From: Zygnema circumcarinatum SAG 698-1b
Taxonomy: Eukaryota > Plantae > Zygnematophyceae
Reading direction: 5' to 3'
Assembly (NCBI GenBank): GCA_037447605.1
Contig: CM074805.1
Coordinates: forward strand, 248,001 to 312,000
Length of the DNA stretch: 64,000 nucleotides
Part shown: in pieces, positions 10,246 through 22,400 of the stretch
Layout: every line of letters begins with the position of its first letter
How positions within the stretch are numbered: the stretch's first letter is position 1
The notes under the pieces: model-generated
What the model was told of the DNA's origin: nothing
What the model saw: only the letters and a program-made list of their open reading frames with translations
Databases searched by the model: none
Translations under genes and position numbers: made by a program

Positions 10246-13200
10246 ATGGCGGCANNNNNNNNNNNNNNNNNNNNNNNNNNNNNNNNNNNNNNNNNNNNNN
10301 NNNNNNNNNNNNNNNNNNNNNNNNNNNNNNNNNNNNNNNNNNNNNNNNNNNNNNGAGTGAGAGAGAGAATGAGCGAGTGAGAGCGAGAAAATGAGCGAGT
10401 GAGAGCGAGAAAATGAGCGAGTGAGAGCGAGAAAGGATACAGAGAGGGGTGGGAAAAGTGAAAGAGGAGGCGGACTGAGTTGTGAGAGACGAAATTGAGA
10501 TTGTTAGGAATGTCGGAGGGAGTGGAGGAGAGGGAGGGCGGGGAGACAGAGGAAAAGGGGACGTCTCCCTCTGCTCCCCCTTTCCTCTCGCATTCTCTCT
10601 CACTCTCTCTCCCGCCCCTCCTTCCCTCCCACCTAGTTCAACCATCACAACCGCTTCTTGACACGACCACTCTCCCTCCTCCCTCTGCTGAGCTGGCAGT
10701 GTGCGATTGGTCGAGGAGGAGCTTTGGCAGAAGACTCCACACGCCATCGTGGGCGTCTTTCCCGCGTGGGAATGTACGGATACCGTACAGATAGAGAGGG
10801 CCTCCTCCTCGCTATCCTCAGTGCCTCTACCAGAGCTGAGAAAAGGACAAAATAGTGTCGCGGGAGTGGAGGGAGAGAGCGCTCCCACAGACTTCCAACC
10901 GCCGATCGGTGCCTCACTCACAGATCCCCTCCAATGGCATCCCAGGTCAGTTCTGGAAAATCCAAACCTTCTCACAATTCTGAAGCCCTTAGAACCCTCG
11001 AGCCTCCTCCTCTCCCACTCACTCTTTGCCTCCTCGTCCACCCTCTCAACTCCTCTCACCATCGACCTCCCTCTTCCTTCCCTTCCCTTCTCCCTCCCCC
11101 CCCAGTCCACACTCGCGCTCTCCTCCTCATTCACGCTCTCTTTCTTCCGGCCTCTCACTCACTCTCTCTACCATGCCCTTCCCCTCCTCCTCCCCCTCCC
11201 CCTCCCCATCCTCCCCCTCCCCTCCCCTCCCCTCCCCCCTCCCCTCCCCTCCCTCCCTCCCCCCTCCCCTTCCCCCTTCCCCTCCCCCTTCCCCCTCTCC
11301 TCTCCCTCCTCCCCACATTGCCCCCATTTCACAACACCCTACGCCCCCATGCCATATGCATGCTCAAGCGTTTGGAAGCTTCCGAGAGGGTGCAGGGGCG
11401 TGGTGGCGCGCGCCCTCCACGTGGCGCGCACTTCAGAGCGGCGCGCGGCCTTCAGCGTGGTCCTGGCGGGTCTCGCGCGGGTCCGCATGGACCGCCTCGA
11501 CGCGCGGGGGCCCTTCCACGTGGCGCACGTGCGCCAGCTCGACTACTTCCCCCTGGGTGCGCCCCCTCCCTCTCCCTTCCTCTCTCTCTCGTTTGTTTTC
11601 TCTCTGTATCTCTCTGTGTGTTTACTTTAGGGTGTGTGCGCGCTCTGAAAGGGCCGTGGGTGCAGGCGTGAAGCAGGTGGAGGGGGACCACCAGCTGCAG
11701 GTGTTGGTGGCCGAGCTGAAGAGCACCGCGCGGGAGCTCATAGCGGAGATGGAGAAGGTGCGCAGCAGCAGGGAGAGAAGAGAGGGGGGAGGGGGGGGCG
11801 GGTTCGGGTGGGGAGAGATTCTATGACCTATCCCATCCATCTCACCCCTCGCATTATCATGCCCTTCCTCGCGAATGCCTTCATGCGGCAGCAGATGTCT
11901 GAACAGAACACCCAGACAAATCAACGCAAGAGTTGTCGTAAACTTCAAAACTTCCACTATGCATCCTGACCCTAGTCCCTGAACCCTAAAACTTGGGCCC
12001 TGATCCCTGAACCCTGGGCGCGCAGCGGCAGCGGCAGGTGGGCGGGCTCCGGGCCCTTCTGGAGGGGGCGGTTCCCCCCGAGCGGGTGGCGGACGTGTTG
12101 GGGGGGGCCCTGCCCGCGGCGAGGGAGGAGAGGCTCGCGCTGCTTGACGCCGTCGACACGCGCGCTCGCATCGCTGTGGCGATCGATCTGCTCGCCAGGC
12201 ATCTGCAGGTAGGGGAGGGGAGGGGAAGGAAGTAGGGAGGGAGGGAGGAAGGGAGGGGGGGAGGGAGGGAGGGAGGGGGGGACGGACGGAGGGAGGGAGG
12301 GAGGGAGGCAGGGAGAGGGCGGGAGAAGGGGAGAGGGAGGGAGAAGGGGAGAGGGTGAGGAGCGGAAGGGAGAGGGAGAGGTGGAGAGTGAGAGAGACGG
12401 GAGAAAGGTAGGGGAATGGTAGGAGGAGGGTGGTGGGGGGTGCGCAAGGAATGGGGAATGTGGTGGGGGGACTGGGAGGGGGAAAGTGAGGAGGAGAGTT
12501 GAGAAGGGGGAGGGAGGGGAGAGGGGAGAGTGGGGTGGGAGTGGAAGGGGTGGGGAGGGAGAAGGTGGGAGAGAGGAGAGGCAGGAGAGACTGCTTAAAA
12601 AGAGTTTTCCATACATTATGGCCTTTCGTTCTATGTTCCTCGTTGGCCTCAGTGATCCTCCCTTTCCCCTTCCTTGACTCTTGACGCTAAATCATTGCCA
12701 TATTAAGGAATCTTTGTTTTGACATATACAGTATGAAAACGATACTTGGAACGGTTCTATCGCACTGAGATTCAAAGTCCGCGTATATTAGTCTGACACA
12801 CTGACTGGAGGAAGGGCGGAAATTACCCAGAGTTTGAAAGGAAACAAGTCGAAAGAGGAAAGCGCGGGTCAGGTGCCGGCGGTTGGGGAGGTCTCTGAAG
12901 GGCAGCGTTCGGCAGGCCTTCAGGTAAACTCCGCTGCGTCACGCTAAGGTTTTTAGGGGTTTCTATGGGTTTTGAAGTCTTTTAGATTTGTAGATGATTT
13001 GCATGATTATAAGGTTATTTTTCACGCAAGGAGTGTAATCTTGGCAAGCATGTAACGTCGCGATGTTGTGCTTTCACTTATTCGGTTATGCATGACTGAG
13101 ATGTGGGTGCGATGTGTGATCATGGGACATCACTCCTCGCGAACCATGTGATTGTTGTGTGATCGATGTGGTATGTGCGACGATGTGGTGTGATAAAAGA

Positions 13201-16200
13201 GGCCATGAATGTCATGTTTCTTAAGACGACTTATGTTATGTGGTGAATTATGATATGCTCTGATGTACCGCGATGCATCATGATGTGATGTGGTCACGTG
13301 ATTTGATGATGCTCTGAATGCGAGGGGGCGGCGCAGGGCGGACAGATGCGGAGCCTCCAGGAGCCGCTGAGCGGAGGGGACCCTCTCGCCGATGACGAGG
13401 ACGACCTCGCGGCCTTAGAGAAGAAGCTGGAGAAGGCGGGCATGCCCCCCAACGTGTGGAAGCACGCGCAGCGGGAGGCAAGGTGAGGGGGGGGGGAGAG
13501 AGAGAGAACGGTGGGGTAAGGGGGGGGGAGCGGGCGGTGAGGAACGAGGGATCATGGAAAATGGTCGTCCTAAGGGCCTTTGTTCAGTTCTCTTTTTTGT
13601 GGTTACCTTTATTGTGTGTGCTAGAGAGCGTATGGCTCTCTCTCCGAATATCGTTCTCTCTATCTGTTGCTACCTGTGCCATCAAACCTCTGACTCCCTT
13701 CCGCCCTCTCTCCCCCTCCCCCTCCCCCTACNNNNNNNNNNAGGGAGGGGAGGCAGGGAGGGCAGGGAGGGGAGGGAGGGGGACGGGAGGGAGGGGAGGC
13801 AGGGAGGGGAGGGAGGAGAGGGAAGGGGAGGAAAGGGAGGGGAGGGGTGGGAGGGAGGGGAGGGAGGGGAGGAAAGGGGAGGGAGGGAAGATCCTAATCT
13901 CCAATTCCTAACCCTACACCTTATCAGACCCTAAGCCCTCAATCCTACCACCCTCCACCCTTATCCCTAACCCCTCTCACCCTCAACCCTAACCCCTCTC
14001 ACCCTCACCCTCAACCCTCAAACCGCAACCCGCAACCCTAACCCCTAACCCCTAACTCCTCTCACCCTCAACCCTCCACCCTTATCCCTAACCCCTCTCA
14101 CCCTCAACCCTGAACCCTCCCCCCTAACCCCTCTCCCCCTCCCTCCCTCCCAGCGCGTGGGCGTGGCCAACCCGGTGATGCTCCTCGACGAGATCGACAA
14201 GACGGGCGCGGACGCGCGCGGCGACCCCGCGGCGGCGCTGCTCGAAGTGCTCGACCCCGAGCAGAACCGCGCCTTCACGGACCAGTCAGTCAGTCAGTCA
14301 GTCGGCCGGGAGGGAGGGAGGGAGGGCGGGGGCTGGGGTTTAGGGTTTAGGGGGGTTGAGGGTTTAGAGTGGAGGGGGGTTGAGGGGTTGAGGGGTCAGG
14401 TCTTAGAGGGAGATCGGGATCTTCTTGCTGATTAGGCTGAAAGTGTCTGACTGCTGCGTAGGGAGGAAGAGAGATAGGGAGAAGCGCGAGGGAGATGCAC
14501 AAGGGAGAAATGGGGAAGAGATAGCCTGCGGCAGAGGGAGGGGAACAGGGAAGCAAGAGTAATGTCGAGAGTGAGATAGAGCGAGAGGGCAACAAAGGAG
14601 ATGCTTCTGAAACCGCTTTTGTAGGCTCCTTGAACCGCCCCATCTCCCTCTCTCCCTCTCTCCCTCCATCCCTCTTATCTCCCTCTCTCCCTCTCTCCCT
14701 CTCTCCCACTCTCCCTCTCTCCCTCTCTCCCTCCATCCCACTCATCCCCTCTCTCCCTCTTTCCCTCCATCCCTCTCATCTCCCTCTCTCCCCCTCTCCC
14801 TCCATCCCTCCATCCCTCTCATCTCCCTCTCTCCCGCTCTCCCTCCATCCCTCTCATCTCCCTCTCTCCCGCTCTCCCTCCATCCCTCTCATCTCCCTCT
14901 TTCCCTCTCTCCCTCCATCCCTCTCCGTGCAGCTATTTGGGCGTTCCCTTCGACCTCTCGAAAGTGGTGTTCGTGGCCACTGCGAACCGTGCCGCCCCCA
15001 TTCCCGCCCCCCTGTTGGACCGCATGGAGGTGCTCGAGCTGCCCGGGTACACGCCCGAGGAAAAGCATCGGATCGCCGTGCGGCACCTCCTGCCCAGGGT
15101 GCTGGAACAGAACGGAATCACAAAGAGACACCTCCAAATACAAGATGTGAGGTCAAACATGCATTCATTGTACTGTGACTCTCGCATTTCAGTTCTGAAT
15201 GGAAACCCAAAAAACAGGGAAGGAATATGATAGGGCTTTGCTTCTGTACCGCTCAAAACTCTAGAACTCGTTGTGACTCGTGCCTCCCTTTCTCTCTTAC
15301 ACACACACACACACACACTCGCTCTCTCTCTATAAAAAACAGCACATGGTCGAATCCCTCCATTCATCCCCCTACTTGAACCCCTAGTGACGATAGAGAA
15401 CTCCAAAAACCCTTAACTTTGCACATCCCAAAACGCAAATCCCTTCACCTCTGTGTCTCATCTCTCTCTCTCTCTCTCCTCTTCATAACGCGTTTCCCTC
15501 CCCACTCTCTTCCGTTCCTTCCTCTCTCTCCCTCTCCTTCTCCCTCTCCCTCTCTCCCCTCCCCCAGCACATGGTGGAGACTCTGATTCAGAGGTACACC
15601 CGCGAGGCGGGCGTGCGCAATTTGAGCCGTCACCTGTCGGCCCTCGCGAGGGCCGCCGCCGTGAAAGTGGCGGAGTCACGTCACGGCATGGGGCTGACGA
15701 GGGAGGTGGGAGGGGGGGAGGAGGGAGAGGGGAGAGCCGAGGGGGCGGAGGTGGAGATGGAGGTAGAGGCAGTGGGGATGCAGGTGAGCCGGACAAACAG
15801 CCCTAGATTACGTGAAAGGGGGAGAGAAGGGAGAGGGAGGGAGGGAGGGAGGGAGGGAGGGGGTGGGAGGAGGCAGGAGGGGGGAGAGGGGGAGAGGGAG
15901 GAGGGAAGGAAGGGGGTTGGGGGGAAGGGGGGAAAGGGAGGGGGAAGTGAAAAAGGAGGGGGGGCTGGGGCTGTGAAGGAACAAGGGCCTTTTGGGCTTC
16001 AATTTTGTCACGGTTTTAGGGATTTTGTTTTCGTCGGTTTTTTTCTTAAATCTTTTTGGAAGCATTTTTTTCACCTTATTGAAACTACTGCCACGTGGCG
16101 CCTCCAGGGTTATGAGGTAGCGGAAGCCATGGTGGACGCCGAACCTCTCATAGTCGATGAGAACGTCTTAGAAACTGTATTGGGAGTAAGCTACTAAAAA

Positions 16201-18209
16201 AATTTCCCCTCAACCCGTAACCCTTCCTCATTCCTGCATTGCAAGAAGTACTATCGATCTTATTTCTTACTGTCTTAGGCTGAATGACTGCCTGAATGTC
16301 TCTGCTCTCACCTTCTGCAGCCGCCGCGATTCGACGGAAACGAAGCGGCGGAGCGTGTGGCCACGCCAGGTGTCGCGGTGGGATTGGTCTGGACGGCGGT
16401 GGGAGGAGAGGTGCAGTTCGTGGAGGCCTCCAGCATGCGGGGGAAGGGAGAGCTGCAGCTCACGGGCCAGCTCGGGGAGGTCATCAAGGAGTCCGCGCAG
16501 ATTGCGCTCACCTGGGTGCGTCTCCCTCTCTCTCTCCCGCTCTCTCCCCCACTCCCTCGCCTTCCCTCCCTCCCCCACCCTCCTCCCCTTCCACCTCACC
16601 CCCCTTCCCCTTCCCCTCCCCCTCCCCTTCCCCCTCCCCCTCACCCCCCTCACACCCCTCACCACCCCCTCACTCCCCTCCCCCTCCCCTTCCCCCCCCC
16701 CCCCTCCTCCTCACCCCCCTCACACCCCTCACCACCCCCCTCACCCCCCTTCCCATTCTCCTCCCCTCCCCTTCCCCTCACCCCCTCACACCCCACTTGC
16801 CACCCCCCCTCACCCCCTTCCCCTTCCCCTCCCCCTCCCCTCACCCCCTCACACCCCTCACCACCCCCCTCACCCCCTTCCCCTTCCCCTCCCCTCCCCT
16901 CCCCCTCCCCTCCCTCCCTCCTCCCTCCCTCCCACTCCCTCCCTCCTCCCTCCCTCCCTCCCTCCCTCCCTCCCTCCCTCCACTCCTCCCTCCCTCCTCC
17001 CTCCCTCCCTCCCTCCACTCCCTCCTCCTCCCTCCCACTCCCTCCCCTCCCTTCCCCTCCCTCCCTCCCTCCCTCCTCCACTCCCTCCCTCCCTCCCTCC
17101 CTCCCTCCCTCCCTCCTCCCTCCCTCCCTCCCTCCCTCCCTCCCTCCCTCCCTCCCTCCCTCCTCCCTCCCTCCCTCCTCCTCCTCCTCCTCCTCCTCCT
17201 CCTCCCTCCCTCCTCCCTCCTCCCTCCCTCCCTCCCTCCCTCCTCCTCCACTCCCTCCCTCCCTCCCTCCCTCCTCCCTCCCTCCCTCCCTCCCTCCCTC
17301 CCTCCCCTCCTCTCCCTCCTCCTCCCTCCTCCCTCCCTCCCTCCTCCCTCCTCCCTCCCTCCCTCCCTCCCACTCCCTCCCTCCCTCCCTCCCTCCTCCC
17401 TTCCTCCCTCCTCCCTCCTCCCTCCCCTCTCTAGGTCCATCCTGCGCTGGCGAGGACGGCAGCCTGATGGCCGAGCGCGACATCCACATCCACTTCCCCG
17501 CCGGGTCCGTCCCCAAGGACGGGCCCTCCGCCGGCGTCACCCTCGTCACGGCGCTGGTCTCCCTCCTCTCGCGGCGCCGCGTCCGCAGCGACACCGCCAT
17601 GACCGGCGAGGTCACGCTGCGGGGCCTCGTGCTGCCCGTCGGGGGGATCAAGGAGAAGGTCGGTACAGGGCCCAGGGTTCAGGGTTCAGGGTTCAGGGTT
17701 CAGGGTTCAGGGTTCAGGGTTCAGGGTTCAGGGCGAAGGGCGAAGGGGCTAGGGTTAGGAGTTAGGGTTCAGAGCTTAGGGGCTCAGGGGTTGCGGGGTT
17801 TTTGGGGGGGTTATGCTGTGTGGTTCGAAGTTCTGCTTTGTTTGGAGGTGGAGTGAAGGTTTCGCCGTTTGCTTTTTGCAGATTTTGGCGGCGCATCGGT
17901 GCGGAATACGGAGAGTGATCCTCCCCGAAAAGAACATCAAGGACCTTCAGGAGGTGCCCGCAGCCATTCTCGCCTGCATGGAGGTGGGTCTTGAACCCTG
18001 CCAGCCTCGCCCCGGGGGTTATGCAGGCGCATTCGACTGTGTTTGTTTCTTTCTTTTTTGAAATGAATAGCAGTGGTTGAATTCAGTACACGACTTTGAT
18101 GTTGCGATGTACCGTTTCCGAGCAGGTGTTGCCGACAAAGCGCGTCGAGGACGTGTTGCAGGAGGCCTTCGAAGGCGGCTGCCCGGTGAGGCCGTCGAGC
18201 AAGCTGTAG
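10246..18209 (+). CDS. LON2: Peroxisomal ATP-dependent Lon protease 2 (partly hidden in gaps)
   Basis: ATG at 10246 is followed by a 100-N gap. Exons: 10700-10945, 11396-11556, 11666-11757, 12026-12208, 12792-12923, 13346-13482, [gap], 14154-14284, 14933-15146, 15568-15783, 16108-16185, 16321-~16519, 17435-17658, 17882-17983, 18126-18209. Motifs: Walker [29 protein letters not shown], catalytic PKDGPSAG and GGIKEK, and C-terminal PTS1 SKL. Confidence 0.93.
16520..17430 (+). repeat. ~0.9 kb almost pure C/T low-complexity tract ((CCCT)n/(CCT)n) forming a LON2 intron
   Basis: Visible directly. It produces spurious Pro-rich and Gly/Glu/Arg-rich ORFs. Confidence 0.9.
17674..17733 (+). repeat. Perfect (AGGGTTC)n heptamer array, a TTCAGGG telomere-repeat variant
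   Basis: About 8.5 units starting 15 nt after the donor at 17659. Confidence 0.9.
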
Positions 18210-19350
18210 GAGGGCTGCTTTAGGGTTAGGATTAGGGTTAGGGTTAGGGTCTAAAGCGGAAGAGGCACGCCTTAGAAGAGGGACATTTTAGCAATCGTTT
18301 GTGTTGGTGCTTGTGTATTTTTTTTTTTTTGTGATTCTTTTGTTGCGTAAATTCAATTCATTTTTCCCCCTTTTTTTTTCTTTTGTTAGTACTGTAGTTG
18401 AAGTAGGCGGACCGTCCCCTTGTTCCTAACGGCCGCCGCTTTCAAAGGTTTGAATTTGAATCGCCGCCGGCGGGCGCCTGCTCGTACGACGTCCGTACAT
18501 CATCTGTACCCTGCTTCCATCTCGATTTTTGAAGTGGGCTAAACCAGTCTCGTTCACAAACAAACACCGGACAGCCTAGATACGCGCACACCTCTTGGTT
18601 GAAACAGCTAATAAGACAACAACACGTTGCCATAAGTTTGAACGTGCGACTCGACGCTCTCTCATTGGCGGGTACGAGCGCGGAGGTTTAACCGTGTTCC
18701 AACCGGTAAGTTGAACTGTTCAACAAAGTTGCACTGTTGAACAACGAGTTGTGGACCTCACTCGCCGGAGTTTCAGTTTCCAACTCCGGTGCTTGGACAA
18801 GAAACCGGAGCCGGAAAAGCAAAACTGGGTTTGTTCCCGACGAGGGGTACAAATGGGCCAAACGGGTTTTGACTTTGACTTTGAACCACAAGTTCTTTTG
18901 AACCAGTCGTAATCAAAACTAGTACAGCTGTCGGGCGATAATCAACCGAAAAGTTAAAATGCTAGTACCGTTTCGAATTGATTCCCAAAGTCGCGCCACG
19001 TTGGCGCCGCCCTCCCTTGTTCCGAACTTTTTTTCCTCGAGTGCCTTCCAATCGCGACGTGACACGTGTCCAAAAGTGTACACGTATCAAGTCTCCATTG
19101 GACGATCCACGCCATAGAGAAAGCCCCCCCCACCCTCCCACGCGCCCGCCAGTTCCAGAAGCTCCCTCCCTCCCTCTCAACGGCCTCCTCCTGCACAAGC
19201 GAGCGGCGAGGGAGGGGGAAGCCGAGGTTTAGGGTTTCCAGCAGGGTTCGGGGACACTGCCACTGCCCAGGCAGAGCCGTCTTTCACACAATTGTAGGAT
19301 TAAAGGCTCGAAAGTCTCCCAATTTTTAGGGTTCAGGGCGGAAGCAACCC

Positions 19351-19383
<33 letters not shown>

Positions 19384-19483
19384 NNNNNNNNNNCCCCCCC
19401 CCCCCCCCCCCCCCCCCCCCCCCTTTGTCACTTCTTCTCCATTTTATCTTCCGAAGGGTTCAGGGCCGGCCGGGGGGTTTAGC

Positions 19484-22400
19484 ATGCCCGTGGCGTGGCT
19501 GCGGCGGCTGAGGCGGAGCTTCGGAGGGCCCTTCCTGCTGCTCGTGGTTTCCATCTACTGGACGCAGGTCAGTACTGTACGGAAATGTACGGCTTTAGGG
19601 TTGTGGGTGTACGGGAACCCTAATGTGAGGCGGCCATGGCTGCGCCCCCTCCCGCTTGAACGCGCTAGCAGAGGGGGCGTCGTGGTTTGGAAGGTCGTTT
19701 CTTCAGTTTTTTTTTTTTTTTTTTTTAAGCTAATTATGAAATCTAGAGGTTTAGTTAAGCTCTGCGGTTAATTTTTGCAGGGCTTCAGGGCCTTCCCCTG
19801 GACCGGCATCTCTTATTTAATAAAGGACGAGCTCAAGCTGAGCCCTGCCGCTTCACAGCTGCTCACCTCCACCGCCTTCATTCCATGGAGCATCAAACCG
19901 GTCTATGGGTACGGTCCGCTCCACGCTCCATGTTGAATACCCAGACCGATCTGCTGCATTTGCAGAGCATAAAGAAGCTGCAGAAGAGTGTTTTTGGTGT
20001 TCTCCATCTCGTTATCCCCCCCCCTCCTCTCTCTCTTTCGTTCTCGCTCTATCTCTCTCGCGCTTGTTGTCATTGCAGCCAATTTTTGTACTCTGTTGGT
20101 CTCTCCTACATTTCTTTGTCCATACGTGTTCCCTCCGCTCTCCCTCCCTCCGTTCAAGGCCCTCTTTGTCCCCAGCTTTTACCCCCTTTCCTCCTTTACT
20201 TCCAGTCTCTCGCCCGCTCGCTCTCTCCTCTGTCTCTCTCGCTCGCCTCCTTTTCCATCTTCATTCCTCCAGCTGCTAAAGATTGCCTATTTTTTTTTTC
20301 ACTTAAATTGAGACACGTGACGGACGCAGAGGCAAAGAGATAGAGAGATGAGAGAGGGTGAGAGAAGAAGAGAGGGAGGGTGGGAGAGAGAGGCGCTGAG
20401 GAGGGGCAGGGAAGGGAGGGAATGAGCCTTTTTTTTCATCTTGAATCTCATTTCACGCTCTCAGACCGTCCCAACGGTACTTCTTACCTCTCTCTTTTCT
20501 GAAATGTAACTAACCAATCCACGTATATTTCTCAGTTATCTCTGATTGTGTTCCACGCAGGATATTTTCCGACTGCGTTCGCATTAATGGCGCCCGCCGC
20601 ATCCCCTACCTCCTCATCTCCAGCGTGCTCTCCCTCATAGCATGGGGGGTCCTTGCTCTCTCCCGCTCCGCTTTACAGTCCACTGTCAGTTTTACGGCAT
20701 GGCTCACATGTCAAAACGTTGGGTCTGCGATGGCTGACGTCGTTATAGATGCCATGGTGGCGGAAACCACAAAGAAGGAGAGGTACATCTTTTTCCAGAA
20801 ACCAGAAACTAAAAAACTAATAGCTACAAACCAAAGATGGGGTCTGCTGTCACACGGTTTTTCTCAAATCCTTGAACTCTCCCCCGCTTTTTGTTTGTTT
20901 TTTCTCTCAACTCCCCCCCCTTCCCTTTTTTTTTTTCTTTTCCAGGGAGGAGTTTGCTGGAGACCTGCAGACACTGTCATGGCTGGCAATGGCTCTCGGA
21001 GGGGTCCTTGGGAGCATTTTGGGCGGACCAGGATTAAAATACTTAAAGCCGAGCGGAATGTTTGGAGTGTTTACTTTATTCCCAATTGCTCAGTTGGCGG
21101 CATGCGCCCTCATCAATGAAAACACATTACTAGCTAGGAGCTTCCTTGCAGATGGAGAGAGGGAGGAGGAGAGAGAGAGGATAACGGGTGGGCCCGGGAG
21201 ACGAGAGGGAGAGGAGAGAGAGGAGGGAAGGGAGGGGAAGGGGACGAAGAGAGAAGTGGAAGATGAGAGGGAGGTGAAGGAGGACAGCGAGGGAGGTGGG
21301 AAACCAATGGAGCTTTCTTTGACAGCAGCGCTGCACAGAAAGAACGGTTCATTAGAAAGAGTTCATTTTGTAGATGATGCAAATGGAGCGGAATTGTGTG
21401 GAATTGGCGAAAATGGTCTTTTTCGAGTGAGTTCCGGAAAGAAAGGGAAGACGAAATTGCAGCACTGGCAGGATTCTGTAGTGAACGGGTTTAACGGAAA
21501 CGGCAACGAACAAGGGGTGGCAAATGTGAATGGGTACCGGCAGCCATCAAATGGGGGTGAGGCTGATCATGGGAAGCAGATTTATGTCGGCAGAGAGAAT
21601 TATGTGGAGGGGGAGAGAGGAAATGAAGGAGTGGGAGACAGCGATGAAGGTGCACGAGAGAGTAGTGTGCGGAGAACGGACGAGAGGGAGAGCATCGGTA
21701 AGAGGCGGTGCAGCGGGAGTGGTCGGAGAGAAGCTTCTGAGGTGGATGTGGATGGGATGTCAGAAAGCGTGGGGGGACAAAATGAGGCGAAAACGAAAAG
21801 ACTGTGGTCGGAAATGAAGGAGATGATTATCACTCTCTGGCAGGCCATGAGGCAACCGAGCATTATGAGGTGAGAATTAGGTTTTCTGGGGCTATTGCAG
21901 AAAGGGTTCTGGGGTTTTTTGTGGCCGGAGTCTCTTGAGTCCTCATAACCGAACAATTTTAAGGGCTATTCATATGTTCTAAACTCAAGAAATCCGAGGG
22001 ACCTTAACTAGCCTCCTTAGAACTCTTTGTTATTGTATTCCAGATATTTCAAATGCACCTTGTAACTCGCATTACTGAACTCTGCTTCTTGAAATCTCAC
22101 ATCAGGTCGACTTACATCACGTGGCATAGCATCATGGCTCGCTTTCTCTTATCACTCGATCTCACAATGTATTGTGCTCTGCTATGTTTTGGATGCCGAA
22201 TGTCAGCCACATAGAGGCCCTATGTGACGACCTTGACCCTTTTTGTGAGATTCTTTAGCTATCAGTCCCAACTCCGTTTGTTACGTTAAGATAGGGTCGG
22301 TTGGTCCAAATCCTAATATCCAATGTTGAGGTTGGTCCTAACTTCGTTTGCTCTGTTGGTTATGTCGCGGATGTCAGGCCCCTGCTTTGGTTCATGATGT

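Noticed and set aside
16296-17856. Very long Pro-rich and Gly/Glu/Arg-rich ORFs (up to 499 aa), and similar ORFs at 10-12.6 kb, 14.3-15.2 kb, 23-24.7 kb and 26.3-27 kb
   Set aside because: They are stop-free read-through of C/T or G/A microsatellite introns; the real exons splice out of them.
18390-18930. Palindrome-rich intergenic stretch (e.g. TGTTCAACA...TGTTGAACA) as a possible MITE
   Set aside because: No convincing terminal inverted repeats or TSD could be defined.
19350-19422. Poly-C run with a gap (also poly-G at 23890-23953 and 7680-7713) as functional elements
   Set aside because: Homopolymers at 10-N gaps; their true length is unknown and they are probably sequencing breakpoints.
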